From: Bdellovibrionia bacterium
Lineage (GTDB): Bacteria; Bdellovibrionota; UBA1018
Length of the DNA stretch: 30,047 nt
Assembly (NCBI GenBank): GCA_045805065.1
Contig: JBJMMA010000072.1
Location: forward strand, 1-30,047
Direction of reading: 5' to 3'
Shown: one piece after another, positions 9,331 through 18,425 of the stretch
Position numbering within the stretch: the stretch's first letter is position 1
Layout of the letters: each line of letters begins with the position of its first letter
Program-made: the position numbers and the translations under genes
The notes under the pieces: model-generated
Told to the model about the DNA's origin: nothing
What the model saw: the letters and a program-made list of their open reading frames with translations, nothing else
Database searches by the model: none

Positions 9331-9879
9331 TCAGGTCAGATAAGGACCCAAGCCTTGAGCCTTGCGAATCGCGTCCGCGATCTCGCGAACAGCGCCCCAA
9401 CCCCCTGGGGACTCAGTGATGTAGTGAGCACGGGCTTTCACGGCATCCACGGCATGGGGCACCGTTGCGCTGAAACCCACACGCTCAATGACAGGGATAT
9501 CAAAAAGCTCATCGCCCATGAAGGCCATCTGCTCAGTCGTAAGGCCTGTTGCCTCGATGATTTTGTCGAGGGCCTTGAGTTTGTCTTCATCACCAAAGAA
9601 GGCATGCTTGATCTTGAGATGCTCCACGCGAACTCGGACGTCTTTTGAGTCGCCACCTGAAATGACCGCGACATCGATCCCGCACTTCATGAGGACCTTC
9701 AAGCCATAGCCATCTTTAATGTGAAAGTGGCGAGTCCAGCCATGGCCTTCGAGCCAAAACAAGCGGCCATCCGTCATCACACCATCAATATCCAGGATGA
9801 GTAAGCGGATTTTTTTCAATCGCGCTTGGATATCAGGCGTTTCAAGAAGTTTTCCGGCTGCAGTCGTTGGGATCATCAT
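9331..9879 (-). CDS. kdsC: KDO 8-phosphate phosphatase (HAD family)
   Basis: LDIDGVMTDG, KDGYG, GDELFD and GGWGAVRE; clustered with kdsA and kdsB. Confidence 0.93.
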   Translation of the reverse strand: MMIPTTAAGKLLETPDIQARLKKIRLLILDIDGVMTDGRLFWLEGHGWTRHFHIKDGYGLKVLMKCGIDVAVISGGDSKDVRVRVEHLKIKHAFFGDEDKLKALDKIIEATGLTTEQMAFMGDELFDIPVIERVGFSATVPHAVDAVKARAHYITESPGGWGAVREIADAIRKAQGLGPYLT

Positions 9880-9894
9880 AGGGATATCATAGCG

Positions 9895-10572
9895 TTAACA
9901 AACAAGTTCTGAAAGAAGCCTCTCGAGTTCGTTGATCGATTGTTCGAGCAACTCTGCGTTACCTTCTTTCGCCTCTTTCTCAATGCGAGCGCCTAAACTT
10001 CCCAAGGTGGGAAAGCCATAGGTCGGGCCGGTTCCTTTCAGGTTATGCCCGATGCGTCGCAACTCACTAAAGTTAGCGCTCGCGAGAGCATTGCGTCCCA
10101 AGCCCACATCACGCCTGCGATTGGCCAGGAAGTTTGGAACCAGCTCTTGAATGGCGGGATCAATGGACGATGGGTCATGGACTTTAATGATTGGGATCGG
10201 TGGATTTTCCGCAACGCATTCATCCAGTGCCTGAAGGATCAAGTCTTTCCGGACTGGCTTGGGAAGAAAACGGTTAAATCCCGCGCTCATGCACTTTTGG
10301 ATGTATTCAGGCTCCGTGTGACCTGTCAGCGCGATCAGCGGCACCAGAGTCCACTTCCCTCCAAGCTTTCTGATCTCCTGAGCGCAAGTCAGTCCATCCA
10401 TTCCCGCAAGCTCGATATCGAGAATAATAGCGTCATAGCTTTGTCGCGCAATTCGGTTCAAGGCGGTGGTTGCATCTTCGGTCTCGTCCAAAAGATAGTC
10501 TGACCCATGCAAGCACATGCGGACCATCAAGCGGATATCGGAGGAATCGTCTACGAGCAATACGCGGCTCAT
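9895..10572 (-). CDS. Response regulator with receiver and HPt domains
   Basis: Receiver motifs LLVDD, IILD, LTG and KP. HPt motif RIGHNLKGTGPTYG. ATG 10572 overlaps the upstream stop (ATGA). Confidence 0.88.
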   Translation of the reverse strand: MSRVLLVDDSSDIRLMVRMCLHGSDYLLDETEDATTALNRIARQSYDAIILDIELAGMDGLTCAQEIRKLGGKWTLVPLIALTGHTEPEYIQKCMSAGFNRFLPKPVRKDLILQALDECVAENPPIPIIKVHDPSSIDPAIQELVPNFLANRRRDVGLGRNALASANFSELRRIGHNLKGTGPTYGFPTLGSLGARIEKEAKEGNAELLEQSINELERLLSELVC

Positions 10573-11273
10573 GAGTTTGTGACCCACTTTCTAACGGATT
10601 GAATGAGCTCCTCATCGGTCAGATCAAACTCCAAATACGATCCGTAGAGATTCTCAGATGTTTCCACCCAGGTCGATGCCACAGTCAGCAACCTGAATTT
10701 ATCACTGCCGAACAAATCACTGAAGATGCCACCGCTGACAAGCAATGGCATCCCTTTACTCAAAAGATGGCGCGTGGTGATGCGAATCCCGAACTCGTCC
10801 ACTTCGCGGATTTCCATCTCAAGCTCAACGATCGCCGAAAACCGCGTCTCGGGGGCTTTGACAAAAGACCAGCTCGCCTCATCCAGCTTCTCGGACGAAA
10901 AGAAGTTCAGAAGCTTTGAGGTCAGGACATCTCGATCCAAGGGCTTCGTAACATAATCGCTCGCGCCAAGCTCCAGAGCATGGGCAATCGAAACAGGATT
11001 GTGATCAGCGGATACGACAAGAATCGGAAATGGCACCAGCTTGAGCGCCCCGATCTGCTGAATCACTTCAAAACCGCTTTGACCACCCTCGAGCTGAAGG
11101 TCAATGATGGCCATATGGGGGCGATGAGCCTTGATTCTGGCAATGAGATCCTCGCTCTTTGAGAAGATCTCGGTGCGCATTCCAAGGCGGCTCAAAACCA
11201 CGTTGAGAAGCGCGGTAAAGTCCGGATCATCATCCAGCAGGTAGAGCAAAGGAGAGAATGGAGTCGTACTCAA
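10569..11273 (-). CDS. Response regulator: receiver plus C-terminal beta domain (degenerate PilZ-like?)
   Basis: Receiver motifs LLDDD, IIDL, VSA and KP. The C-terminal segment EIREVDEFGIRITT...GMPLLV is beta-rich. TTG start overlaps the upstream stop. Confidence 0.8.
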   Translation of the reverse strand: MSTTPFSPLLYLLDDDPDFTALLNVVLSRLGMRTEIFSKSEDLIARIKAHRPHMAIIDLQLEGGQSGFEVIQQIGALKLVPFPILVVSADHNPVSIAHALELGASDYVTKPLDRDVLTSKLLNFFSSEKLDEASWSFVKAPETRFSAIVELEMEIREVDEFGIRITTRHLLSKGMPLLVSGGIFSDLFGSDKFRLLTVASTWVETSENLYGSYLEFDLTDEELIQSVRKWVTNS

Positions 11274-11956
11274 GAGCTCTCTCCTTTGATCTTCAAAAGT
11301 CTTTTTGTCAGAGTCTCGCTTAAGCCAGAGACATGAATTTTTGTGACGTACTGGCCTGAGGTGCTCTTCATACTCTCACCGGCGACAGATCTGAAGACAC
11401 AAGAACCGATTTCGGCGCGATCAAATGTTTCGCTCTGAACATGGATCGGGCAATTGGGACCGATTTTGACGGAGGATTCCAATAAGAAGGAGGTCTCTCC
11501 CACTTTGAAGATTTGTGCGGGCACGGAGAACTGCATCAGAGGTCGTTGGTCTTTCGGAAAACGATAGACCTTGTACTCTGTATCCTTCAGGGCCTTTCTT
11601 ATTTTCTGAATCAGAATCGAAGTCGAAAAAGGCTTGATGAGATAATCCACTGCGCCTGAGGCGATGGCCGAATAGACGGACTCGCGATCGGTCACGGCGC
11701 TGACCACCATCACTGGCACGCCTTGAAAAGCAGGGATCCCGACTTTCTTTTCAAGAAAGCGCAATCCGCCCTCGCCCGGCATCTGAAGATCCAGGATCAC
11801 AAGATGAGGCACGGATTTTCGTGCAACTTCAAGCGCCTGGCGAACGCTTTCAGCCTCAGAGACCACCATGCCGGCGTTCTCAAGAATTTTTCGAATCAAG
11901 ATGCGCATGTCCGGATCATCGTCGACGATGAGCACAGAACGATTCTGCAGACCCAT
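11270..11956 (-). CDS. Response regulator: receiver plus C-terminal beta domain (degenerate PilZ-like?)
   Basis: Receiver motifs LIVDDD, ILDLQMP, VSA and KPF. The ~100-aa C-terminal part has no HTH. Confidence 0.82.
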   Translation of the reverse strand: MGLQNRSVLIVDDDPDMRILIRKILENAGMVVSEAESVRQALEVARKSVPHLVILDLQMPGEGGLRFLEKKVGIPAFQGVPVMVVSAVTDRESVYSAIASGAVDYLIKPFSTSILIQKIRKALKDTEYKVYRFPKDQRPLMQFSVPAQIFKVGETSFLLESSVKIGPNCPIHVQSETFDRAEIGSCVFRSVAGESMKSTSGQYVTKIHVSGLSETLTKRLLKIKGESS

Positions 11957-12033
11957 AGTCTCTTATGATGCGCGAATCTATAGTTCGTAACAACCAGGAA
12001 TCTTTTGCCGACTCGAGCTTAAATAACTTAAGT

Positions 12034-12924
12034 TTAAGCTTTCGCCTCTGGAAGAAGCTTAGGCTGCGCAGCAACCAAGGCGCGGATCGCCAGGAGTTGC
12101 TTAATGAATTCTCCTACATGCTCTAAATAAAAAGCATTCGGGCCATCGCTCTTGGCTTGTTGAGGACGTGGATGGCATTCCATGAAGAGCCCATCAGCGC
12201 CCGCAGCCATGGCGGAACGAGCCAGAACTTCGAGGTACTCGCGCTTGCCACCGGTGCTCTTTCCACCGGCTCCGCCACCCGGCGACTGAATCGAGTGAGT
12301 GGCATCGTAGATCACAGGAGCGCCAAAACGCTGCATCGCCTGAAAGCCGATCATATCGACGACAAGCGTATTATAGCCAAACGATGTCCCGCGCTCAGTC
12401 AGGCAGAACCAATCCTTGGGAGCGTTGGTGATACCCGTCTTTGTAGCCATTTGGGCTTCAACGGCTCTCACCTTCTCGACGATGTTTTTTGCATCCCAGG
12501 GAGCCAGGAACTGGCCCTTCTTGACATTGAGTCTGCGTCCGCGCTTGAGAGCAGCCTCAGCGCCCGCAACGATCATGTCCGTTTGACGGCACAAGAACGC
12601 CGGGATCTGAAGGAAGTCCACCATCTCAGCCACAGCATCAGCCTGCTCAGGAGTGTGGAAGTCGGTAAGAAGCGGAAGTCCCGTCTTCTCCTTCACCATC
12701 CCCAGGATCTTGAGACCTTGGTCCATCCCCGGGCCACGGAAGCCATCAATCGAAGTGCGATTAGCTTTATCGAATGATGATTTAAAATAAAGCTTCACAG
12801 GAAGCCCTTGAAGCTGGCGCTTGAGCTCGGTTGCGATTTCAAGAACCAATCCTTCGTCCTCGATCACGCAAGGGCCTGCGATGAGAGTCATTGGATTATT
12901 GGGATGGTCGTACTGCTGGGTCAT
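12034..12924 (-). CDS. kdsA: KDO 8-phosphate synthase
   Basis: IAGPCVIE (Cys indicates the metal-dependent class), FDKANRTS, QIPAFLCRQT, KKGQF, TERG and DATHS. Confidence 0.97.
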   Translation of the reverse strand: MTQQYDHPNNPMTLIAGPCVIEDEGLVLEIATELKRQLQGLPVKLYFKSSFDKANRTSIDGFRGPGMDQGLKILGMVKEKTGLPLLTDFHTPEQADAVAEMVDFLQIPAFLCRQTDMIVAGAEAALKRGRRLNVKKGQFLAPWDAKNIVEKVRAVEAQMATKTGITNAPKDWFCLTERGTSFGYNTLVVDMIGFQAMQRFGAPVIYDATHSIQSPGGGAGGKSTGGKREYLEVLARSAMAAGADGLFMECHPRPQQAKSDGPNAFYLEHVGEFIKQLLAIRALVAAQPKLLPEAKA

Positions 12925-12962
12925 GATGATTTCCTTTTAATGCTTAAAATTACTGCCCGAAC

Positions 12963-14627
12963 TTATTGAATGCCCTTAAGGGAACGCTGAGCGCCTTTTC
13001 CGGATTCTTTTGCGGCCTTGATGAAAGCAGCAAAGAGCGGATGAGGAAGAAGGGGTCTGCTCAAAAACTCCGGATGGAACTGGCAGCCCAGGAACCAAGG
13101 ATGGTTAGAGAGCTCAACCATCTCGACAAGCTCGGTTCCGCTGTTCTTATCCACGTATTTTCCGGAAATGACCAGGCCTTTGCCTTCGATCTTTTCGCGG
13201 AAGTGGTTTGCAAACTCAAAGCGATGGCGATGACGCTCGGAAATCATTTCTCTGCCGTAAGCCGTATAAGCACGTGTTGGCTTGCCGCCGGTCTTGGTCA
13301 AGATCTGGCAAGGATAAGCGCCCAGGCGCATCGTGCCGCCCTTGTCCGTCACCATCTTCTGATTTTCCATGATGTCGATGACGTTTTCTTCGCTTCCTGG
13401 CTTGAACTCTGCGGAGTTTGCGCCTTTGATTCCGCAAACGTTTCGAGCAAACTCGATCACCGCAAGCTGCATCCCGAGGCAGATTCCAAAATAAGGAACG
13501 TTCTCGGTGCGGGCAAACTCAACCGCTTTGATCTTTCCTTCAATCCCGCGCTCGCCAAATCCGCCAGGGACCAGAATCGCGTCCACAGTTTTCATGAGCT
13601 CAAGGTTCTTGCCCTGCTCGATTTCTTCAGAATCGATATAGAGCATCGTCACTTTCACATCGTTTGCGACGCCGCCGTGAACCAATGCTTCAGAAAGGGA
13701 TTTATAGCTATCGCGCCAATCGGTGTATTTTCCGACGATGCCGATTGTGACTTCGCCCTTCGGATGGCGGATCTTTTCCACCATGTTTTCCCACCGGGAA
13801 AGATCAGGGCGGCCCGTCCAGATGCCAAGCTTTTCGGCGATCTTTTCGTCCAAGCCGTCTTCGCTCAAAGAAAGCGGAACTTCGTAAATGCTGCTCACAT
13901 CAATCGCGCTGAAGACCTGATCGCCTGGAACGTTACAGAAAAGACCGATCTTCTCTTTCACGTCTTTTGGAAGCTTGCGATCGGAGCGGCAAAGAAGAAT
14001 ATCCGGCTGAATGCCGATCTCACGAAGCTCTTTTACGCTGTGCTGAGTGGGCTTGGTTTTCAGCTCCCCTGCTGCACCAATATAAGGAACAAGGGTCAGG
14101 TGCACGAACATGACGTTTGCTGCGCCTTCGTCGTTTTTCATCTGACGAATGGCTTCCAGGAACGGCAAGCTTTCGATGTCGCCCACGGTGCCGCCGACTT
14201 CAACGATCGCAAGATCGGCGTCAGCAGAGGCTTCGCGGATATGAGCTTTGATCTCATCCGTGATGTGAGGAATGACCTGCACCGTTTTTCCAAGGTATCC
14301 GCCAGCTCGCTCGCGGCGAATCACGGTGTCGTAAATTCTTCCGGTCGTGAAACTGTTCTTGCGTGAGAACTGAGCGGAGTGAACAAAGCGGGAATAGTGG
14401 CCGAGGTCGAGATCGGTCTCCGCGCCATCATCGAGCACGAAAACTTCGCCGTGCTGAAACGGGCTCATCGTACCTGGATCGACGTTCAGGTACGGATCCA
14501 TCTTGATCATCGTGACCTTGATCCCACGAGCGTCCATCAACATGCCGATCGATGCAGCGGCGATTCCTTTTCCGATGCTAGAAAGCACGCCACCCGTAAC
14601 AAAAATGTATTTTTTTTGCTTCGCCAT
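12963..14627 (-). CDS. pyrG: CTP synthase
   Basis: [48 protein letters not shown] and QFHPE. Start placed at MAKQKK after GGAG. Confidence 0.98.
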   Translation of the reverse strand: MAKQKKYIFVTGGVLSSIGKGIAAASIGMLMDARGIKVTMIKMDPYLNVDPGTMSPFQHGEVFVLDDGAETDLDLGHYSRFVHSAQFSRKNSFTTGRIYDTVIRRERAGGYLGKTVQVIPHITDEIKAHIREASADADLAIVEVGGTVGDIESLPFLEAIRQMKNDEGAANVMFVHLTLVPYIGAAGELKTKPTQHSVKELREIGIQPDILLCRSDRKLPKDVKEKIGLFCNVPGDQVFSAIDVSSIYEVPLSLSEDGLDEKIAEKLGIWTGRPDLSRWENMVEKIRHPKGEVTIGIVGKYTDWRDSYKSLSEALVHGGVANDVKVTMLYIDSEEIEQGKNLELMKTVDAILVPGGFGERGIEGKIKAVEFARTENVPYFGICLGMQLAVIEFARNVCGIKGANSAEFKPGSEENVIDIMENQKMVTDKGGTMRLGAYPCQILTKTGGKPTRAYTAYGREMISERHRHRFEFANHFREKIEGKGLVISGKYVDKNSGTELVEMVELSNHPWFLGCQFHPEFLSRPLLPHPLFAAFIKAAKESGKGAQRSLKGIQ

Positions 14628-14692
14628 GAGATCTCCGCTGTTTTTTCCAAGTTGTATCGGGTTTCCCGATTTCACTCAACGTTCGATTTAAC

Positions 14693-15427
14693 TTAATGCT
14701 GAAGAGCCTGCCTGACTCGCTCAAGATCTTCAGGCGTATCCACTCCGATCGACAGGAAATCGACCTCAGTGATCCCGATTGCAATTCCATCCGCAAGCGC
14801 CCGTAGCTGCTCCAGGACTTCTGCCTTCTCTAATGCAGAAACTGGGAGAGCGCGGAACTTCATTAAAGTAGCTAGGTCATAAACATAGAGAACGACATGA
14901 CGCTTGCAGACAAACGGCGATCCAGCCTCTGGCTTTGGTCCCCGGCTATAGGGAATAGGATGGCGAGAAAAGTAGATTGCCCGACCTAAGCGATCAGCAA
15001 TCACCTTCACAACGGACGGCTCATTGAGTTCAGCCTCAGTCAGAAGCGGGGTCATAACCGTCGACATAGGGAATCGACCTGAGCGAACCAGCTCGACTGC
15101 TTCTTCAATCGCACGAGGGTCCATCATCGGTTCATCGCCTTGGACATTCACAAAAATATCGCCAGCCACCTGATCCGCAACAGCCGCAACCCGATCCGTC
15201 CCACTCTGAAGCTCAGTAGAAGTCATAATCGCCTTCCCACCAAACTTCTCGACCGCCGCCTTGATCCGCTCATCATCCGTAGCAACGTAAACTTCATCGA
15301 CCCCACGAGCGAGCTTAGCCCTCTCATAAACCCACTGAATCATGGGCTTTCCATGGATATCCGCCAGAATCTTTGCCGGCAGACGAGTCGACGCATAACG
15401 TGCAGGGATCACAGCAATAACGGTCAT
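14693..15427 (-). CDS. kdsB: CMP-KDO synthetase
   Basis: IPARYASTRLPAK, SGTDR, NVQGDEP, YFSR, LEQLRAL and GVDTPED. Start placed at MTVIAV. Confidence 0.96.
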   Translation of the reverse strand: MTVIAVIPARYASTRLPAKILADIHGKPMIQWVYERAKLARGVDEVYVATDDERIKAAVEKFGGKAIMTSTELQSGTDRVAAVADQVAGDIFVNVQGDEPMMDPRAIEEAVELVRSGRFPMSTVMTPLLTEAELNEPSVVKVIADRLGRAIYFSRHPIPYSRGPKPEAGSPFVCKRHVVLYVYDLATLMKFRALPVSALEKAEVLEQLRALADGIAIGITEVDFLSIGVDTPEDLERVRQALQH

Positions 15428-15499
15428 AAAAGGTATCCGGCTCCTATTGGTAGAGTTGCGCGTCACGAGTTTTTCAAAACGCTACTGAATCAGCAACAC

Positions 15500-15745
15500 C
15501 AAAAGGTGGTCGCCTCCTTTTGGTAGCGCATGCGCGTCATAACAATCGAACCGAATAAATCATTAAAATGAGAATTGGGATTGAAGATAAAACCCGAGTC
15601 GTTCCCAGGCAGGATGCCGAATGGGAATGCGACAGGAAGTCGCAACGAGGGCTTTTATCTTCAATCCCAATTCTCATTTTAATGATTTGTTCGGTAACCA
15701 GACTATGACGCGGTATCGCTACAAAAAGGAGGCGACCACCTTTTG
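15500..15745. repeat. ~246-bp palindromic element (long imperfect inverted repeat with structured core); MITE/ERIC-like element or structured RNA
   Basis: Arm 15500-15595 is the reverse complement of arm 15649-15745. Exact blocks: caaaaggtggtcgcctcctttt and aaatcattaaaatgagaattgggattgaagataaaa. The core holds the hairpins ggc-aggat-gcc and tgcgac-aggaa-gtcgca. Confidence 0.92.
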
Positions 15746-15747
15746 AT

Positions 15748-16941
15748 TTAGATCATGACTTCGGACTCTGGACGCCAGACGCCGTTCCATTGCTTGAGGC
15801 GAGTCTTGGGGCGAATGCGCGCAGTGCCGGCGGCGGCATCTGCTTCGTGGACTTGCTGAGGATACTCGATGAAGGCGTAAGTCAGACGAATGGCGCGACC
15901 GTAATCGTCGAGATCAAGATTGGTGGTCTCATTCCAGGTGCCATCGTTGAAGTACTCCTTCCCTTCACGCCAGCGGCGGTAGCGAAGGATATGAGTGTGA
16001 CCAAAGATGACGGTGTGGATCTCATCGTTCTCTTCCAGGATCTTGAACGCGATCTTGTCGTAACTTGGATAAAGCGTGATCTCTTTCAAAAGACCAAACG
16101 TCGCACGAACACCTTGATGAATTTGATAACGACGGCGAAAAAGCACCGTATCGATCACAAACTTTGCGATTAGGAGCGCTGTCTTGATTCCCCACCAAAG
16201 GTCATGAATGAGAACGTGACGAATAAAAGCGGAGAACGGGCGAACCTTGTCGACATGAGGCTTGCCCTGCTTGACGTAAGGAAGAACGATCGCGACAAAG
16301 AGCGATCCCCAGGGAAGATTGAGGACAGGCTCAGGAAGTCCGCGGGTGATGAAAGGCCGCTTCATATCAGCCATGGCAAAGCGCTCATATTGCTGACCAT
16401 GCTCGATATAAATTCCGTCCGCTTGGTAAGAGACATCACAGAAGTTCACTGGCGCGCCAACGGCGTCCTGAAAAACCTTGCGAGGTCCTGACCAAAGCAT
16501 TCCCATATCGTGATTGCCGACAACGTATGTGACCGTATGTCCCGGCGTTGCCGCAAATCTTCTGAGTGCCTGGAAAAACTCAGGATGTCCTGCGACGATT
16601 TTCTCAACGGCGCGCACCACGCTTCGCTCAGTCACCATGTGCGTGTAGACGCCCCAGGTGTCCATCTGGAGAAGATTGAGAATGTCCCCGTTCAAGACGA
16701 GTTCTACTTCAGCATCCGCAAATTGACCCGAGCGATGATAATTGAGAAACTCGGCAAATTCGCGATCGTAAATGAAGTCTTCGAGAATGTTCTGTGTTCC
16801 ATCAGCAAAGTAGCGCCCTTTGCCCAGGTGGAAATCACTGACGACAAGTTTGTACTTAGGCTTTGCAGGAGCAATTGCCTCGACTCCGCCCTCAATGGCG
16901 TTATCAGTTGAAGGACTCAACGGGGTACTCACTTTGATCAC
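15748..16941 (-). CDS. Calcineurin-like metallophosphoesterase
   Basis: All five motifs are present: VVSDFHLG, LNGDIL, VGNHD, IEHG and FGHTH. No signal peptide. The GTG start overlaps the upstream TGA. Confidence 0.9.
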   Translation of the reverse strand: MIKVSTPLSPSTDNAIEGGVEAIAPAKPKYKLVVSDFHLGKGRYFADGTQNILEDFIYDREFAEFLNYHRSGQFADAEVELVLNGDILNLLQMDTWGVYTHMVTERSVVRAVEKIVAGHPEFFQALRRFAATPGHTVTYVVGNHDMGMLWSGPRKVFQDAVGAPVNFCDVSYQADGIYIEHGQQYERFAMADMKRPFITRGLPEPVLNLPWGSLFVAIVLPYVKQGKPHVDKVRPFSAFIRHVLIHDLWWGIKTALLIAKFVIDTVLFRRRYQIHQGVRATFGLLKEITLYPSYDKIAFKILEENDEIHTVIFGHTHILRYRRWREGKEYFNDGTWNETTNLDLDDYGRAIRLTYAFIEYPQQVHEADAAAGTARIRPKTRLKQWNGVWRPESEVMI

Positions 16942-18422
16942 CGCTTTTTGGATGCAAACTTAGTAACGTTCTGGGCAACCTGATTTGTACTCGCATCAGG
17001 TTTTGGCAGACCCGCAATCGCAACGCTGTTGCGTGTGGTCTTCTTAGCATCATACATCGCATGGTCGGCGGCATCGATAATTTCTTTTTTGGATTTTGCG
17101 TGATCAGGAAAAATCGCTACGCCAATTGACACTGTGAAGTGAAGATTAAGACCTTCCTCTGACAGAAAAACGCGCTTCTCGACGGATTCACGAATGCGCT
17201 CCGCGACAACGCGAGCCGTCGGGAGATCACAGGACGAGAGGACCGCCACAAATTCGTCACCCCCGTACCGGAACACCGTGTCTCGCTCTCGCACGAACCG
17301 TTTAAAGTGCTCGCCAAGCTCGTTCAAAAGCTTGGTTCCCACCAAGTGGCCGTGATTGTCGTTGATTCCCTTGAACTTATCCGCATCGATGAAAAGAACC
17401 GCGAATGATTTGCCGGTGGTCTTGGACTGAGCAATTTCGCGATCCAGAATATAATTGAGATAGCGGGTGTTATAGAGACCCGTCGCATCGTCGCGATAAA
17501 CCAGATTGGCAACGCCCATGTACTGCTCGATGTTCTTGCCGGTCACCTCGATCTGAAGCCTGAGCATTCTGAGTCGACTCTCAAACTCATCCAGGTGCGG
17601 AGGACGCTGCGGCGAAAGACTGACGCAAAAGTACTGACTTGGACCTGCGCATTTGAACCGGAAAACGAAGAGACCGGGCGTGAGCGTTCCTCTATCAATA
17701 AACCTTGTGTATTCATTGTGCTCAAGCATCCCGGGAATCGGGTTCGAGGCATGAAGGGAGATATCAATGATCTCTTCCATGGCCCTGTCAGTATGCCCTG
17801 AGCTTTCAAAATTATCGTCCACGCGAACAGGCTCCGCGCGCTCGGCTCCAGGCACAAGCTGGTAGATCGCCGTATGGTCGCACCTCAGTTCGCGCGAGAA
17901 ATAGCTTTGAACGATGCCAAAGATCTTGTTCTGCTCGAGTGATGCCGAGATCATCTGGCAGCTATTGAGAAGATTGAAGACATTGGAGACGCCCGTGTCG
18001 CCGCCAAAGACTGCCTTACGATCCAGACCACGCTTGACGGCAAGCTTGAAGCCTTCGAGATTAAAAGGCTTCTTGAGATAATCTTCCGCTCCCAGGCGAA
18101 TTGCTGCAACGGCCTGCTCCACCGTCCCCTGTTCTGAAATCAGAATCACGCTGGTCACTGGGCTGATGCGCTTGATCTGCTCCAGAATCGCAAGTCCATC
18201 AGCTCCACCCGAAAGGGCGCCACTCCCGTTTTTCCGGACGGAAGCATCAATGACAACCAAGTGATAATTAGAGCGCGAGATCCAGTCAAAAGAGTTCTCA
18301 AGACGGCTCATCACATCGACACGGCAATGATCGACCTCACGAATGAGATCCGAGTAAAGCTCGGTCTCCTTCGGATCCTCTTCAATCAGCAAGACATGAT
18401 AAGCCGCGTTCTGAGATGCCAT
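16938..18422 (-). CDS. REC-(GAF-like)-GGDEF dinucleotide cyclase, Hypr type (predicted 3',3'-cGAMP synthase)
   Basis: Receiver (LLIEED, VVID, KPF). Cyclase motifs DDATGLYN, FIDADKFKGIND, GHLVGT (Thr at the usual Asp), I-site RERD and RYGGDEF. Confidence 0.9.
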   Translation of the reverse strand: MASQNAAYHVLLIEEDPKETELYSDLIREVDHCRVDVMSRLENSFDWISRSNYHLVVIDASVRKNGSGALSGGADGLAILEQIKRISPVTSVILISEQGTVEQAVAAIRLGAEDYLKKPFNLEGFKLAVKRGLDRKAVFGGDTGVSNVFNLLNSCQMISASLEQNKIFGIVQSYFSRELRCDHTAIYQLVPGAERAEPVRVDDNFESSGHTDRAMEEIIDISLHASNPIPGMLEHNEYTRFIDRGTLTPGLFVFRFKCAGPSQYFCVSLSPQRPPHLDEFESRLRMLRLQIEVTGKNIEQYMGVANLVYRDDATGLYNTRYLNYILDREIAQSKTTGKSFAVLFIDADKFKGINDNHGHLVGTKLLNELGEHFKRFVRERDTVFRYGGDEFVAVLSSCDLPTARVVAERIRESVEKRVFLSEEGLNLHFTVSIGVAIFPDHAKSKKEIIDAADHAMYDAKKTTRNSVAIAGLPKPDASTNQVAQNVTKFASKKR

Positions 18423-18425
18423 ATC

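Noticed and set aside
12016..12040. agcttaaa-N9-tttaagct inverted repeat at the kdsA stop
   Set aside because: AT-rich 8-bp stem with no U-tract; too weak to call a terminator.
12966..14366. 466-aa plus-strand ORF antisense to pyrG
   Set aside because: Codon-register mirror of a conserved gene with no recognisable motifs; a common shadow ORF.
15500..15745. Palindrome interpreted as a CRISPR array, tRNA, simple terminator or GEMM riboswitch
   Set aside because: No repeat-spacer periodicity or cloverleaf, far too long for a terminator, and no GEMM-I consensus recognised by eye.
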